DNA of 64,000 nt, taken from the NCBI GenBank assembly GCA_964016885.1, contig OZ024740.1, positions 63,798,001-63,862,000 of the forward strand, given 5' to 3'. Position numbers and translations under genes: made by a program. Position 1 is the stretch's first letter. Each line of letters opens with the position of its first letter. The DNA comes from Eledone cirrhosa. Lineage: Eukaryota. Below are positions 38,756 to 55,140 of this stretch, piece by piece. Under the pieces are notes generated by a model that saw only the letters and a program-made list of their open reading frames with translations, was not told the DNA's origin and did no database searches.

Positions 38756-39770
38756 TTACCAAGTTATAATGGAAATTTCACTTTTAATGTTAACAGTTTG
38801 AATTGGTGGTAATAACCAGTGTGTTTGATACACCAATGACATATGTTTGAAGACATTGTTATTTAATTTGATAGAGTCAACAAGTTGACCATCAAATACC
38901 TTAATTTTGTTATTAATTCTGTCATCTATTGCAATCAGGTTATTTTCAATAACAATAACCAAACACTTCTCATCATAATAACTACTGGTTGTGTGTCTTC
39001 CAAACAAGGGTTTGAAAATATCTGAGCTTTATCGAAAATATCTGAGCTTTATCGAAAATTGTCAGGTCCTGTGGATATAATGTAAAAGACACAGATGTTT
39101 CTTCTAGAAAATACATTTACCAGGTGAATGAACATGTATTGTTTCCTTGACACCAGATCTACCATCACCAAATTACAGTTATTTATAGCAAACATACCAT
39201 CTTTGTCTATCAGATAAACAGAACTTTTATCAAGACATCCACCATGCAAATCACAAAGATGTTTGAAGTTGGACTGTAAAGTACAGTGGTCACCTATTTT
39301 TGATATATCTTTGTACATAAATATTTTTCCTTAGCAGCAATCAATATATTTACTGTTTGATTGTCTATTGCTAATGGCTTTATTAGGCATGGAATATGGA
39401 CCCTATAAATGATTTCAAAATGGTTGTTTTTGAATTGACTATGTCTATATAGCTTGATTTGTTGTCACAATATTTCACATTTCGATCGTCAATAAAAGTT
39501 TGTTCCTGCACCTAATAAAAGAGGCTTAATGATATATTTCTAACTGTTTTTTTTTTACAGGTCTCCAATAAGACACACTTCTTTCTCTAAGGGTAATGTG
39601 ATACCCAACTGACTAGGATCCCATCGGCATATTTTCTAGCTACAGATGGCAGATATAATGTAAACACTATTTCAACTTCTCCTTTTTTCTTGGAAATGTA
39701 TAACAAGCAAGAATTCTTTATATCAGACACTATCAACTGTCCATTGGGCAGATCACTTGTTTCAATAGTA
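38756..39770 (-). pseudogene. Decayed beta-propeller (NHL/TRIM C-terminal-like) coding sequence
   Basis: Fragments LPNGQLIVSDIKNSCL, QLGITLPLEKEVCLI, PLAIDNQTVNILIA and LIAIDDRINNKIKVFDGQLV lie in shifting frames, with stops and a 20-bp tandem duplication. Confidence 0.45.
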
Positions 39771-39791
39771 GTAGTAGTGGTGGTAGTAGTG

Positions 39792-39823
<32 letters not shown>

Positions 39824-39910
39824 GGTGGTGGTGGTAGAGCAGTAATAGTAGCAACAGCAGCAGCAGCAGTAGTAGTAGTAGTCGTAGTAGTCGTAGTAGT
39901 AGTAGCAGCT

Positions 39911-39947
<37 letters not shown>

Positions 39948-39948
39948 T
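39766..39948. repeat. Compound trinucleotide microsatellite (GTA/GGT/GCA)n
   Basis: Seen directly. Confidence 0.95.
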
Positions 39949-40591
39949 AACATTAGAAGTCAAAGGTAGCCCACTTCTCAATATAGAGTAAAATAATTAA
40001 CAGTTGTTCTGGTTCCTAAACACTAATCTATATTTCTAACTTGCTTCAGCTTCGAAGAATTTTCGTAGATTTTGTCAATATTTTCACTCCAGCTGATCGA
40101 ATTATCGATGGAATGTGTGTGTGTGTATGTTTATATTTAAAAGCCCTGCTTTTGGATACATGACAGAGATTAAAACAAAGGGATGAAAGAAGAAATTAAT
40201 GTATTCTATGCATATTCAATAGAAAGATTAGTCCCTCTTTGTCACTCACTGTATACGTAATAAATTGTAATACAAACAGTTTTAAGTGAAGTTTCACCAC
40301 TTCATCTTTCATATTTGTGAGGGAGGGTCGTAAATATTTTTAAATAATAATTTTTCTGATTGTTCTCTTATAAATTTCCAAGTTACAAGATTTTAACGTC
40401 CCAAATGAAAAAACAATTAATTTAACGGAGAAAAAAAAAATAAAAACGAATTTTTTCAAGTTAATGATGGTCGATGGGAGATAACTGTGCAAATTTCTCC
40501 TCTGCCTCAATAAATTATTTTCTGTTAAATATCACAATTTCTTTTGTCAATCTTGATATTGAATTACAGCAATAAGAAACAATTACTATTA

Positions 40592-40926
40592 GGTGGATTG
40601 GCAATATCGGTAGAGCGCCGGACACCTTGCTTTGCAGCATAGAGTTACGGCTCTTTACTTTCTGAGTTCAAATTCCGCCAATGTTAGCTTTGCCTTTCAT
40701 CCTTACAGGGATCGATAAAATAAAGTACGATTCACGCGCTGGGGTTGATCTAATCGACTTTCCCCTCCCCCAAAATGGCTGGACTTGTGCCTATATAAGA
40801 AAGCATTATATTTATTTGAATCCCGCCGAGGTTGACTTAGCCTTTCATCCTTACGAGGTCGATAAAATAAAGTACCAGTAATGCACTGGGTAATTGCTGG
40901 CCTTGTGCCTAAAGTAGAAACAATTA
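40592..40926 (+). mobile_element. Two adjacent Deu/Nin-like SINEs (full variant plus truncated copy)
   Basis: A/B boxes; the second copy has TSD attatatttatttgaatc. Confidence 0.78.
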
Positions 40927-40929
40927 TAT

Positions 40930-42185
40930 TTATTTGAATCTCCCTTTGAATTCTGCTTCTTTCCCAAATCATGCCGAGTGTCAACCTGACATCTGAGACA
41001 AAATTTGGTAATACATACATTTTACAATCAATTGTCATATAGACGATGCTATAAGGGCACAAACATCAGCAAATGTCTTTGCAAGGTTTTTAAATTAATA
41101 ATGCTCTTCTCAGGATAGTGACAGTGCGAGTCAGCACTATTTTCTGTATCTCTGACAGACAGATGGCTTTCCAGGTGTCTGGTCCAAATATTTTTCAGTT
41201 CTCCTTTTTTATCATTCCAAGTGCCCCAACTATCACTGGTATTGTGTTATACCTGTTAACATGGTATAACGTGTCAGTTGGACTTGTACATTACAATGTT
41301 TTGACTTCTATATCAAAGTTCTCACACATGCCATGCACTTCTTCAGCATAGTTGAATTCTCCCCCAGTGTCACTTATCAATCTCTTAGGTAGTTCAAAGA
41401 TGCTATTCCAGTATGTATATTTTCTCTCAATTTCAATTGATAGGTCTTTATACTTACTGAGCTTTCCGAACTCTTTTGAGAAGATGTTATGATCTGATGG
41501 AATGCTCATGTCAATTAAGAAACATGTTTTCTCTTTATGGTCCTTCACTATTATTATTAATTATCAGGATAGTGTCGAACAGCATGCTTTGCAGTATAGA
41601 GTTACGACTTTCTATGTTCTGAGTTCAAATCCTGTCGAGGTTGGCTTTGTCTTATATCCTTACAGGATCAATAAAATAAAGTACCAGTCATGCACTGGAG
41701 TTGATTTAATTGACTTTTCCCAAAATTGCTGGTCTTTTTCCTTTTCTGTCAGTAATGTTTCTGATATATGCCAAGTGTCTTCCTGACACCTAGGGCAAAT
41801 AAATTCATTGTATACATTGGTAAGCCAGTTAACACACCACATTGAATATAATTTACAGCTTATCATTCTTACAGAGGGATATCATTCTTACAGAGATAGT
41901 GCTCTACTCACACACACACAACCACACAAGTGGGGGGGGGGGGATATCATTCTCACAGAGATAGTGCTCTTCTCAATATGTGTGCAGTACCAGTCAAAAC
42001 AATTTTTTGCACCTCTGGCAGAGCAAGCAAACCAGGAACCATTCGCATATACTGTTCTGTTCCTTTCTTGATCATTCTCAGTGCTCCCACAATCACTGGT
42101 ATTGTAACGGCCTTGAGGTGCCACATTCTTTTGATTTCAATAAGCAGATCTTTATATTTTCTTAGCTTGTCAAATACTTTTGCTG
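40930..42185 (-). mobile_element. Two 3' fragments of R4/Dong-like restriction-endonuclease LINEs (40930-41548 and ~41760-42185), with a SINE between them
   Basis: CFLIDMSIPSDHNI..KLSKYKDLSIEIER and KYKDLLIEIKRMWHLKAVTIPVIVGAL..VQKIVLTGTAHILRRAL. Confidence 0.75.
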
Positions 42186-42417
42186 CCATCATTATCATCA
42201 TTATTATCTGCCTAGTGGGCATAACGAAAGAGGTTGTGTGCTGGAAACAGTTGAAAGGGTTGAGGACTGGCACTTTTCTCTTCGACAAGGCCCTGATTAA
42301 CTTTTTCAAATTTCCCTTGGAGAGGTAGAGAAGCAAGTGCTGCTTTCCAGCAAGTTTGTTGAAAGATGGGTGAGAGAGGCAAGTATGGTTTGAGTGAACA
42401 GGCCTAATAAGAATTGC

Positions 42418-43500
42418 TTTCTGCTTCTTTTCGTGGTATCTATTACTTTTAAAAATATTTTGGCAGTGCCAAGTAGGCATGCTTTTTGCACAGGCTCTAT
42501 ACCAAGATCAAATCCAACTTGTTGCGAATGTTTAGCAAGATTATCTGTTACACATCCTACTGTTCCTATAATTATAAATACCAGTTTTACCATATTTACT
42601 TAACCATTCCACACTTTCAAAATTTTATATTTGAGGTCATTGTAAGAATTTTCCATCTCTTTTTATTTATCTTTTATCCTCATGTCAAAAGTGCACTTCT
42701 TTTCTTTCTTGATTATTAACACTACATATGGCTTATGATCAATCTTTATTTCCATTTGTATTTTAACATTATTTGTTCACATCTTTTTGCTTTTGATTTA
42801 AATCAGGGTTTCCCAACCCTTTTCATGCTCACACCCCTAAAAGTTTTTAAAATATATTTTCGCACCCCTTAAAAAAGCAATAATATATTTTAGGATAAAG
42901 AAGACAAATTAATACTAAATTTCAGCAACAAATTTATATAATCTAATTTTTTAATAAACAAAAATGAAACATGGAAAAGAAAAAATATTATAACAAATTA
43001 AAATTTGAACACTATTAATAAAAACAAACAAAATACTGAAATGTTATCTCGCACCCCCTGGAATACTATCTCAGACTCCCAGGGGGTGCGAGCTCCCCTG
43101 GGTGGGAAACCCTGATTTAAATCAAAAGCAAAAAGATGTGAACAAATAATGTTAAAATACAAATGGAAACAAAGATTGATCATAAGCCAGATATAGTGTT
43201 AATAATCAAGAAAGAAAAGAAATGCACTTTTGACATGAGGATAAAAGATAAATAAAAAGAGATGGAAAACTCTTACAATGACCTCTAATATGACATTTTG
43301 AAAGTGTGGAACGGTGAAGTAAATATGGTAAAACTGGTATCTATAATTATAGGAGCAGTAGGATGTGTAACAGATAATCTTGCTAAACATTCGCAACAAG
43401 TTGGATTTGATCTTGGTATAGAGCCTGTGCAAAAAGCATACCTACTTGGCACTGCCAAAATATTAAAAAAAGTAATGGATACCACGAAAAGGAGCAGAAA
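42418..43500. repeat. Long inverted repeat (arms 42418-42795 and 43123-43500) of an RLE-LINE C-terminal fragment
   Basis: The arms are reverse complements with scattered mismatches; both encode IIIGxVGCVTDNL..VQKAxLLGTAKI. Confidence 0.9.
42804..43114. mobile_element. hAT-type MITE
   Basis: Termini CAGGGTTTCCCAACCC and GGGTGGGAAACCCTG; 8-bp TSD ATTTAAAT. Confidence 0.85.
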
Positions 43501-43949
43501 CTAAATATTCGTCAGTTGACTCCTCAGATCATTGTATTGATGAGAACTCTAATTGTTCAACCCATTTGTTTGGTTATTGTATCAGATTGGCTTAAACATT
43601 CTGAATACGTTTGCTGATATTTCTTTCTGTTTATATTTTGTATTAATTCTCATATCCTTGGACATGTGCTAAATAAAATATAGTTGTGTTTCAGTTTTTC
43701 ATCTGTTTTATTGATAGGGAAGTATGAGCTCAAATTGATCTCTTTGTCATAAGCTTCACACTTGTTTTTATTCAACAAGTTGAAATTTGGTAAGGGGATT
43801 GGTAATCAATATCAAAAGATACAGTCACTTATCATTATCATTGTTTTTACATTGTTAGAAAAAGACTAATCTGTCTGCCCATGACTACTGGATGTCATGT
43901 CCTCCCTACCTTTCAAGGGTACACTCTCAGATTTACTGTGATATGATAA

Positions 43950-45420
43950 TGAAATTATTGTGTACAGTGCTCAGGTGCACTACAACTCATCAAAGGTGCA
44001 TGTATAGTACATAGAATAATGTACAAATGTCAGGAAAATGAACAGTGTACGAGTCATGTGTGCATGTGTATGGAGGGGATACATCAGGTGTAGTGTTGGC
44101 GAATCTCAGGAAGCATGGAGGTTTTAAAGGATGCAGGGAGTTTGTTTCATGCTTCAGCAACTCTGAGCGTGAAAAATGTTTCTGATAGTCATGGGAGCTG
44201 TGCTGTTTTCTGACTTTGTGGGCATACCCACGTGTGTTAGACACATGGAAATCAAAAAGGAGCTCAGGGTTGTTGTTGGCAAGATGGTTAATCATTTTGT
44301 GGGTGTTTACCAAGTCAGTTGCAAGATGTCGGAGCTTCAATGTATCCATGCTCAGGGAAGCAAGGCATTCAGAGTATGGTAGATGCCTGATGGAGGGTAT
44401 TCGCTTGGTTGCACATCTCTGAACAGTTTCCAGGTGGTCAATGTTCTGAGCAAGATAGGGGTTCCAGACTGGTGATGCAAATTCTAAGTGTGGCCGCACC
44501 ATAGCTATATTCAGCTTTAAATAAATAGCTGGAGAGCGGCTGACAAAGGTCTTGCTGAGTGATGCTAAGACACCCTCGGCCTTCTTGACAAATCGCTGCT
44601 GACAGTAATGCCCAGGTCAGGTTCACAAGAAGACTTCTTGATATTAGTGTTGTGGCGGGAGAATGTGGACACTGGGTTTTTGCTCCCAAAATGCATGGTG
44701 GTACACTTGTCCATAGCCAACTTGAGTTGCCAGTCCGTGATCCATTGTTGCATTGTGTCCAGGTCAGATTGCAGGAAAGATCTATAGTGTTCAGGATCTG
44801 TCCTTTTTATCTCAAGGTCAGCTTGATGTCATCTGCATATTTCAGTACTGTGGCATTCTTTAAGTTGGCATCTATGTCATTAATATATGCCACAAACAAA
44901 AGGGGCCAAGAACAGATCCCTGTGGTACACCAGATAACATCTCATACGGTGAGGAATGCCGTCCTAGAACCGTGACTATCTCTCTTCGACTGAAAATGAA
45001 GGACTTCAACCAGTTAAAAAGATCATCCTTGACACCCATTGCAGAGAGTTTTGCCGTAAGTCTTTTGTGAGGCATAGAATTGAAAGCTTTAGCAAAGTCA
45101 AGGTAAACAACATCCAGCCATGAGCCGCTATCAGTGATCCGGGTGATGTCTTCAAGAAACTCGATAAGTTGATCACAGCAACTAGAGTTGGGGATAAATC
45201 CAAATTGCGAGGGCCGGATAAGACTATGAGAGTTCCAGAAGTTCCAAAGTGTTTCTCTGACACAGGATTCCATCAGTTTGGCAATGCAGCTAGTAAGACT
45301 GACTGGACGATAGTTGACAGGTGATGTGCGGTCACACTTTTTGAACAGAGGAATGATACTGGCAGTTTTCTACTGCTCTGGAGTAGCACCATTGTTCAGA
45401 CAGAATTGGAAGAAGTGTGA
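43950..45420 (-). mobile_element. CR1-clade LINE 3' fragment; inverted copy of its 3' UTR at ~45565-45785
   Basis: LDVVYLDFAKAFN, SGVPQGSVLGP, YADD, VRPHLEFASPVWNP, LETVQR. Confidence 0.88.
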
Positions 45421-46271
45421 TAGCTGGTGCAGAAGGAAGCAACCACCCAGAATGTTCTAAAGTCAACCTGAAACACCAAAGCCTGTCAACAGGCTTGTTA
45501 CTTTGTCATAAAATATTTACTCTGATAATTCAAATTTCCAAACATTTGTTGTTCATTTTATCATGGACACTAACAAACTTGGCAGCAGAAATTTGCCTTC
45601 AAAACACCCATGCTTCCTGAAATTTGCCAGCACTACACCTGATATTCCCCCTCCATACACACACACGTATGTATGTGTGTGTCTGTGTGTATATCATGAC
45701 TCATACACTGTTCACTTTCCTGACATTTGTACATTGATGAGTTGTAGTGCACCTGAGTATTGTACACAATAATTTTCATTATATTATATTATATATAAAC
45801 TGCAAAGTTCAGAATTTTACTTGTTCATAATTCCTAGGTTTGGATTTTGAATATAACATTAAATAAACAATATAAACTCTGACATATGTTGAGTACTCTT
45901 GATTTGTTCCATTCTCCTGTATAATGCTAACTCTATGCATACATACCAATATCAGAAGACACAGTCAATTATCATCATCTACATCATCATCATCGTTTTT
46001 ATGTTAACTTTGTCAAGCTGGCATGAGTTGGACAGAACTTTTTGAGGCAATGTATTACAGATGGACTTCCTTACTCTAAGCCTTTCAGTCATTTCTTATG
46101 ACAAGCAAAGATGTGATGTACTTATTCTAAACTAGATATACATAGTTATAGAACAGCAGGGATTTGGTGTGCCTAGTGTAAACTGGATACACACAGTCAT
46201 GATATGCAGGGATACAGTGTACTTATTCTAAACACTATAAACACAGATACATGATATGTAGGGATATGGTG

Positions 46272-47559
46272 TCATCATCATCATCATCGTTTAACGTCCG
46301 TGTTCCACGCTTGCATGGGTTTGGACGGAGGGTTTTCCCACTTGAGGCAAGAGTGGTTATCTTGCTCGCATAGGACTGTCTGGCGGGTTTTCTACAGCTG
46401 GATGCCCTTCCTAACACCAACCACATTTACAGTGTGGGGCTGGGAGGTTTTTACCGCGTTGCCTACACGGCCACATTACAGCGTGGACTGTGTGTTTTTT
46501 TGTCGTGACACCTACACGATCTCATTTGTTTCGGCCTGGATGGCGCAGCACCAACATAACTTTACATAGAACGGGGTGGTGTGGATGGGGTGGGGGTCGT
46601 GGCGGGACGGGGTGTATTTTGTTAGAGATGCCTACTGACTGTAGTAGGTTTTACTTTGTATTTAGGTAAGGCGGGTCTTCTCTATTACTGAGTACCGCCA
46701 AAGGTCTCGGTCCAGTGACATTGTCTTGGAGAGGTGTAAGTGTGTGAGGTCGGAATTTATCAGCTCGTCCCAGGTTTTTCTGGGTCTGCCTATTCCGTGG
46801 CTACCGTCTATCTTTATTGCCCTGCACTTTGTTATACAGCTATCGTCCTTCATGCGCATCACGTGACCATACCAACGTAGCCTTCTCTCGAGTAAACAAC
46901 ATCTGATCCCTCTTATTTCTAATTTTTTCCTTAGTTCGTTTATGCTTTGCCGTTCACGTATATTACTATTACACATCCAGTGGAGCATGCAAGCTTCATT
47001 TCTCTCTAGTCTGCGTATATCCTCTGCACACAATGCCCAGGTCTCACTGCCGTGCAACATTGCTGTTCGTATGCAGGCATCGTACAACCTGCCTTTCATT
47101 TTTAGGGAGAACCCTTTAGCGGCTAATAGTGGTATGAGCTCTCTGAACTTTTTTCACCCAGTTCTGACTCTAGCTACTGTACTTTCAGAGCACCCTCCCC
47201 CACTGCTGATTTTGTCACCCAGGTAACGGAAGCTGTCCACTATTTCTATAGAACCCTCTGCGCAGTTGAAAGAGCTAATATTTTTTGGGCACTTGCTGCT
47301 ACTTATTTCCCCAGAACACCGGCCACATGTAAAATCTATGTTCTTAGTTAGCTTACCTGTGATCTTTTATGCACCCAAACTTTGCATTTGGGACACAAAA
47401 TGGAGTTTCTACCTACGCCTTTCCTACACTCTGAGCATGGCCACTTCCCGGAGGGGACCGCCGCCTTATTTTCTTTCTTACAAACTAGAACTTTAGTCTT
47501 AGCCAGGTTAATTTTAAGGCCTTTTGATTCTAGGCCGTGCTTCCATGTTTGGAATTTCT
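46272..47559 (-). mobile_element. RTE family 1, 5'-truncated
   Basis: Near-identical to ~10075-11373, with a small frameshifting deletion near 47364. Confidence 0.93.
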
Positions 47560-49160
47560 TTCTAAATCAGAAAATCAAGAATCTCTTATCTCTCCTCCCA
47601 CACTTGCAGACATCCAGACTGTTATATATAATCTGGATCTGGCTGTTAACTTAATCCATATTAAGGATCCCTTATGCAGAGGCAGTTTTCCACTGCCTGT
47701 TAGTTATGGTAAAAGTTGTAATATGTTATACAAGGTGGTGGGAAGGATCAAGGATTTCCATCTGTGGTGAAACTCATATTTTTCTATTTTCACATGAAAC
47801 AGAATGTGATGATAAAGTAATGCTTTCAAATAAATGTTATGTAAAGTGGTTAAGAGTATGTTTCCCAAGAGTGAAATATCTCACCCTTCAGTTTTAATAT
47901 GTAAATGAAAAGGAAAAAAAAAAAAGAAATTTACAGCTTCCACCTGCACATGTTTTTGGCCTCCTACATGGTTATCTTTCATAAGAGGTTTCTTTTGGTT
48001 TTTTTAAAATAATAGCGGCCCCAGCCCTATCATGAAAAGTAATGCTCAAAAACATGATGCACTGCTCAGTTCAGGAATTGAACCCAATACTTTATGATTG
48101 TGAGTCAAACACCCTAACAACCAGACTACTTGCTTCTACTGATTAGGCACATGTGCACATACATATGCTGTCATCAGATATTCTCGTTTTAGAGGAAAAA
48201 TTGAAATTTTTGAAATTTTTTACTGCTAAAAAAAAAAATTGTATTTCTTATATTACTTCACTATATTATTAGTTAGTTTATATATTACTATAGTATATTA
48301 CAAGGGATCACAAACTCAAATAATAAAACGGGCCATTACATCCTGAAGGAGAGACATAACAGGCCAAAAGTGAAATGAGTGAGGGCGTTATGTGATATCC
48401 ACCAGTTATAATGCTAATCTGTGATAGAGCTGATAGGCGAAATGAATACACATATGATAGTAAGCATGGTATGTAAATTAATAGTAGATGTAGGGGATAA
48501 CTTTTCCATCTAAAACTTTCCTAAAATTCTGTTTTTACTTTTGTTAAATTCCCTTTTTTTCCATTTTCACTTTCATAAATTCCGTTATTTCTATTTTATT
48601 GTATTTCATTGATAAATATTATTAAAACAGCGAAAATAAAAGCAAAATTCAAAGTTTCATCACATTTAAAGAAATAGATATCTCTAACAAAAATGAAAAA
48701 AAAATATTTTCTAAAAATCAGAATAAATAAACAAATTCCATGCAAGACTATGGGAGGGCTGAGGGACAAATTAACAAGTTTTAGGAATAATTATAAATAA
48801 AAATGCACCCAAAGTGAATGACAAAAGCTGTATCTGCTATCATTAACGATTCCAGAGTCAGACCCGATTGATAAAAATCGAACCTTGAGCTGATCGATTG
48901 CGAAACACGCATAACAACTGAATAAACTTAATGATGGTATTTTGACACCTTGTTCCTACTTATTATTAATATTACACTCTGCTTATGAAGGAAACCGACC
49001 ATAGTATAACACCAAACGTTCAACACCCCAAACTATACTTTTAAACGGACCCACCTAGGCACCGAGTGCTCAAGTTAGTGAATCAATAGTAACGTAAGGT
49101 TACAATCTATTAAACTATATATATATATATATAGATATATATGTATGTATATATGTATAT

Positions 49161-49401
49161 ATCATCATCATCATCATCATCATTTTACGTCCACTTTTTC
49201 CCTGCTTGCAAGGGTGGGACGGGAACTGATTCTGGCTTGATTTCTACAGCTGGATGCCCTTCCTAACACCAACCTCATTTACAGTGAGTGCTGGGTGCTT
49301 TTTTTTCTGTGGCACCTACACGTCCACTTTACAGTGTGGGCTGGGTGCTTTTTTACTGTGGCACCTCCACAACCACTTTGTTGTGGAATGATAGGGACCC
49401 C
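49161..49401 (-). mobile_element. 3' part of the composite SINE
   Basis: Matches 15130-15362. Confidence 0.8.
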
Positions 49402-49417
49402 ATATATATATATATAT

Positions 49418-52419
<3,002 letters not shown>

Positions 52420-52637
52420 CGAAGGAAATGTGGTAAGGAACTAGGTGGACCATAACGCACCAAAGTACTCAATACTTAGGGTAGTAGAGTGGGTAATAGG
52501 AACAAGTAGGACCCTGATGGCTGAGCTCAAGCCGTTTCGACGGCTAATTACAGACTAAAGTTTTTTTTAGTTTTTTTTTAGTCCAGAATTAGCCGTCGAA
52601 ACGGCTTGAGCTCAGCCGTCGGGGTCCTACTCGTTCC

Positions 52638-52676
<39 letters not shown>

Positions 52677-52685
52677 GCATATATG

Positions 52686-52760
<75 letters not shown>

Positions 52761-52762
<2 letters not shown>

Positions 52763-54540
52763 CATCATCATCATCATCATCATCAGGTTTAGCGTCCGTG
52801 TTCCACGCTTGCATGGGTTTGGACGGGAGTTTTCCCACTTGAGGCAAGAGTGGTTGTCTTGCTCGCATAGGACTGTCTGGCGGGTTTTCTACAGTTGGAT
52901 GCCCTTCCTAACACCAACCACATTTACAGTGTGGGGCTGGGAGGTTTTTACCGTGTTGCCTACACGGCCACATTACAGCGTGGACTGTCTGGCGGGTTTT
53001 CTACAGCTGGATGCCCTTCCTAACACCAACCACATTTACAGTGTGGGGCTGGGAGGTTTTTACCGTGTTGCCTACACGGCCACATTTACAGCGTGGACTG
53101 TGTGTTTTTTTTGTCGTGACACCTACACAATCTCATTTGTTTCGGCCTGGATGTTGTGGCACCAACATAACTTTACATTGAAAGGGGCGGTGTGGATGGG
53201 GTGGAGGTGGTGGGACGGGGTGTGTTTTGATAGAGATGCCTACTGACTGTAGTAGGTTTTTACTTTGTATTTAGGTAAGGCGGGTCTTCTCTATTACTGA
53301 GTACCGCCAAAGGTCTCGGTCCAGTGACATTGTCATGGAGAGGTGTAAGCGTGTGAGGTCGGAATTTATCAGCTCGTCCCATGTTTTTCTGGGTCTGCCT
53401 ATTCCGTGGCTACCGTCTATCTTTATTGCCCTGCACTTTGTTATACAGCTGTCGTCTTTCATGCGCATCACGTGACCGTACCAACGTAGCCTTCTCTCGA
53501 GTAAACAACATCTGATCCCTCTTATTTCTAATTTTTTCCTTAGTTCGTTTATGCTTTGCCGTTCACGTATATTACTATTGCACATCCAGCGGAGCATGCA
53601 AGCTTCGTTCCTCTCTAGTCTGCGTATATCCTCTGCACACAATGCCCAGGTCTCACTGCCGTGCAGCATTGCTGTTCGTATGCAGGCATCGTATAACCTG
53701 CCTTTCATTTTTAGGGAGAACCCTCTAGCGGCTAATAGTGGTATAAGCTCTCTGAACTTTTTCCATCCAGTTCTGACTCTAGCTACTGTACTTTCAGAGC
53801 ACCCTCCCCCACTGCTGATTTTGTCACCCAGGTAACGGAAGCTGTCCACTATTTCTATAGAACCCTCTGCGCAGTTGAAAGAGCTAGTATTTTGTGGGCA
53901 CTTGCTGCTACTTATTGCACCAGAGCACCGGCCACATGTAAAATCTATGTTCTTAGTTAGCTTACCTGTGATCCAACTACATCTTTTATGCACCCATACT
54001 TTGCATTTGGGACATAAAATGGAGTTTCTACCTACTCCTTTCCTACACACTGAGCACGGCCATTTCCCAGATGGGACCGCCGCCTTATTTTCTTTCCTAC
54101 AAACTAGAACTTTAGTCTTAGCCAGGTTAATTTTAAGGCCTTTTGATTCTAGGCCGTGCTTCCATGTTTGGAATTTCTTCTCTAGTTCGGTCATTGATTC
54201 AGCTATGAGCGTTAGATCATCTGCGTATAGGAGTTCCCATGGGCAGCCGGTCTTGAACTCCTCTGTTATAGCCTGAAGGGCAATAATAAATAGTAGGGGG
54301 CTAAGAACTTTTACGCTAAACTCTTCACTATATTCGTTGCTAATTCTAACCTTGCTGACTGTTTCTTTATACATGGCTTGTATAGCTCTCACAAGCCATT
54401 CATCAACACCTAGTTTTCTAAGAGCCCACCAGATAATGGAACGGGGGACTCTGTCGAAGGCTTTCTCCAAGTCGACAAAAGCTAAGTATAGGGGTTTACT
54501 TTTAGCTAGGTTCTTCTCCTGTAGTTGTCGTACAATGAAA

Positions 54541-54542
<2 letters not shown>
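52761..54542 (-). mobile_element. RTE family 1, 5'-truncated, with a 21-nt deletion of GVHQGSV and a ~110-nt 3' UTR duplication
   Basis: ORF 53271-54608; FSVKVLSPLL here versus FSVKVGVHQGSVLSPLL in the intact copy. Confidence 0.93.
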
Positions 54543-54611
<69 letters not shown>

Positions 54612-55140
54612 ATCGATACAGTATATGGAAGGGATATATTAGGTTAACGCTTGATATAGCAGGAAGAGGGTCTTAACATTTCGGACGCTAGTCCTATATA
54701 TATGTGTATATATGTGTATATATATGTGTATATATATATATGTGTATATAAATATATATGTATATGTATCATCGTCATTTAATAATATATCGAAACTGGT
54801 AATACTTTATACACTTTGTATATATTATAAAATTTTTTTAAAAAGAATTGTCCCTCTCATTTTTTCAATAATGTCATCTTTTCAATAATTGTTTCTACTT
54901 TAGGCACAAGGCCAGCAACTATCCAGTGCATTACTGGTACTTTATTTTATCGACCCCGTAAGGATGAAAGGCAATCTTTTCAATAATGTCAGTTTGGATG
55001 AATCAAAGAAAGGAAAAACAAAAGAAAAACAGACCCTAAAATATATTTTCTGTGCTATTTCCAACTTCCCCTTTTCTCTATATCCACTGTTTTGTATAGA
55101 ACCTTACTTCCCTTTTCTAATATATATATATATATATAAG

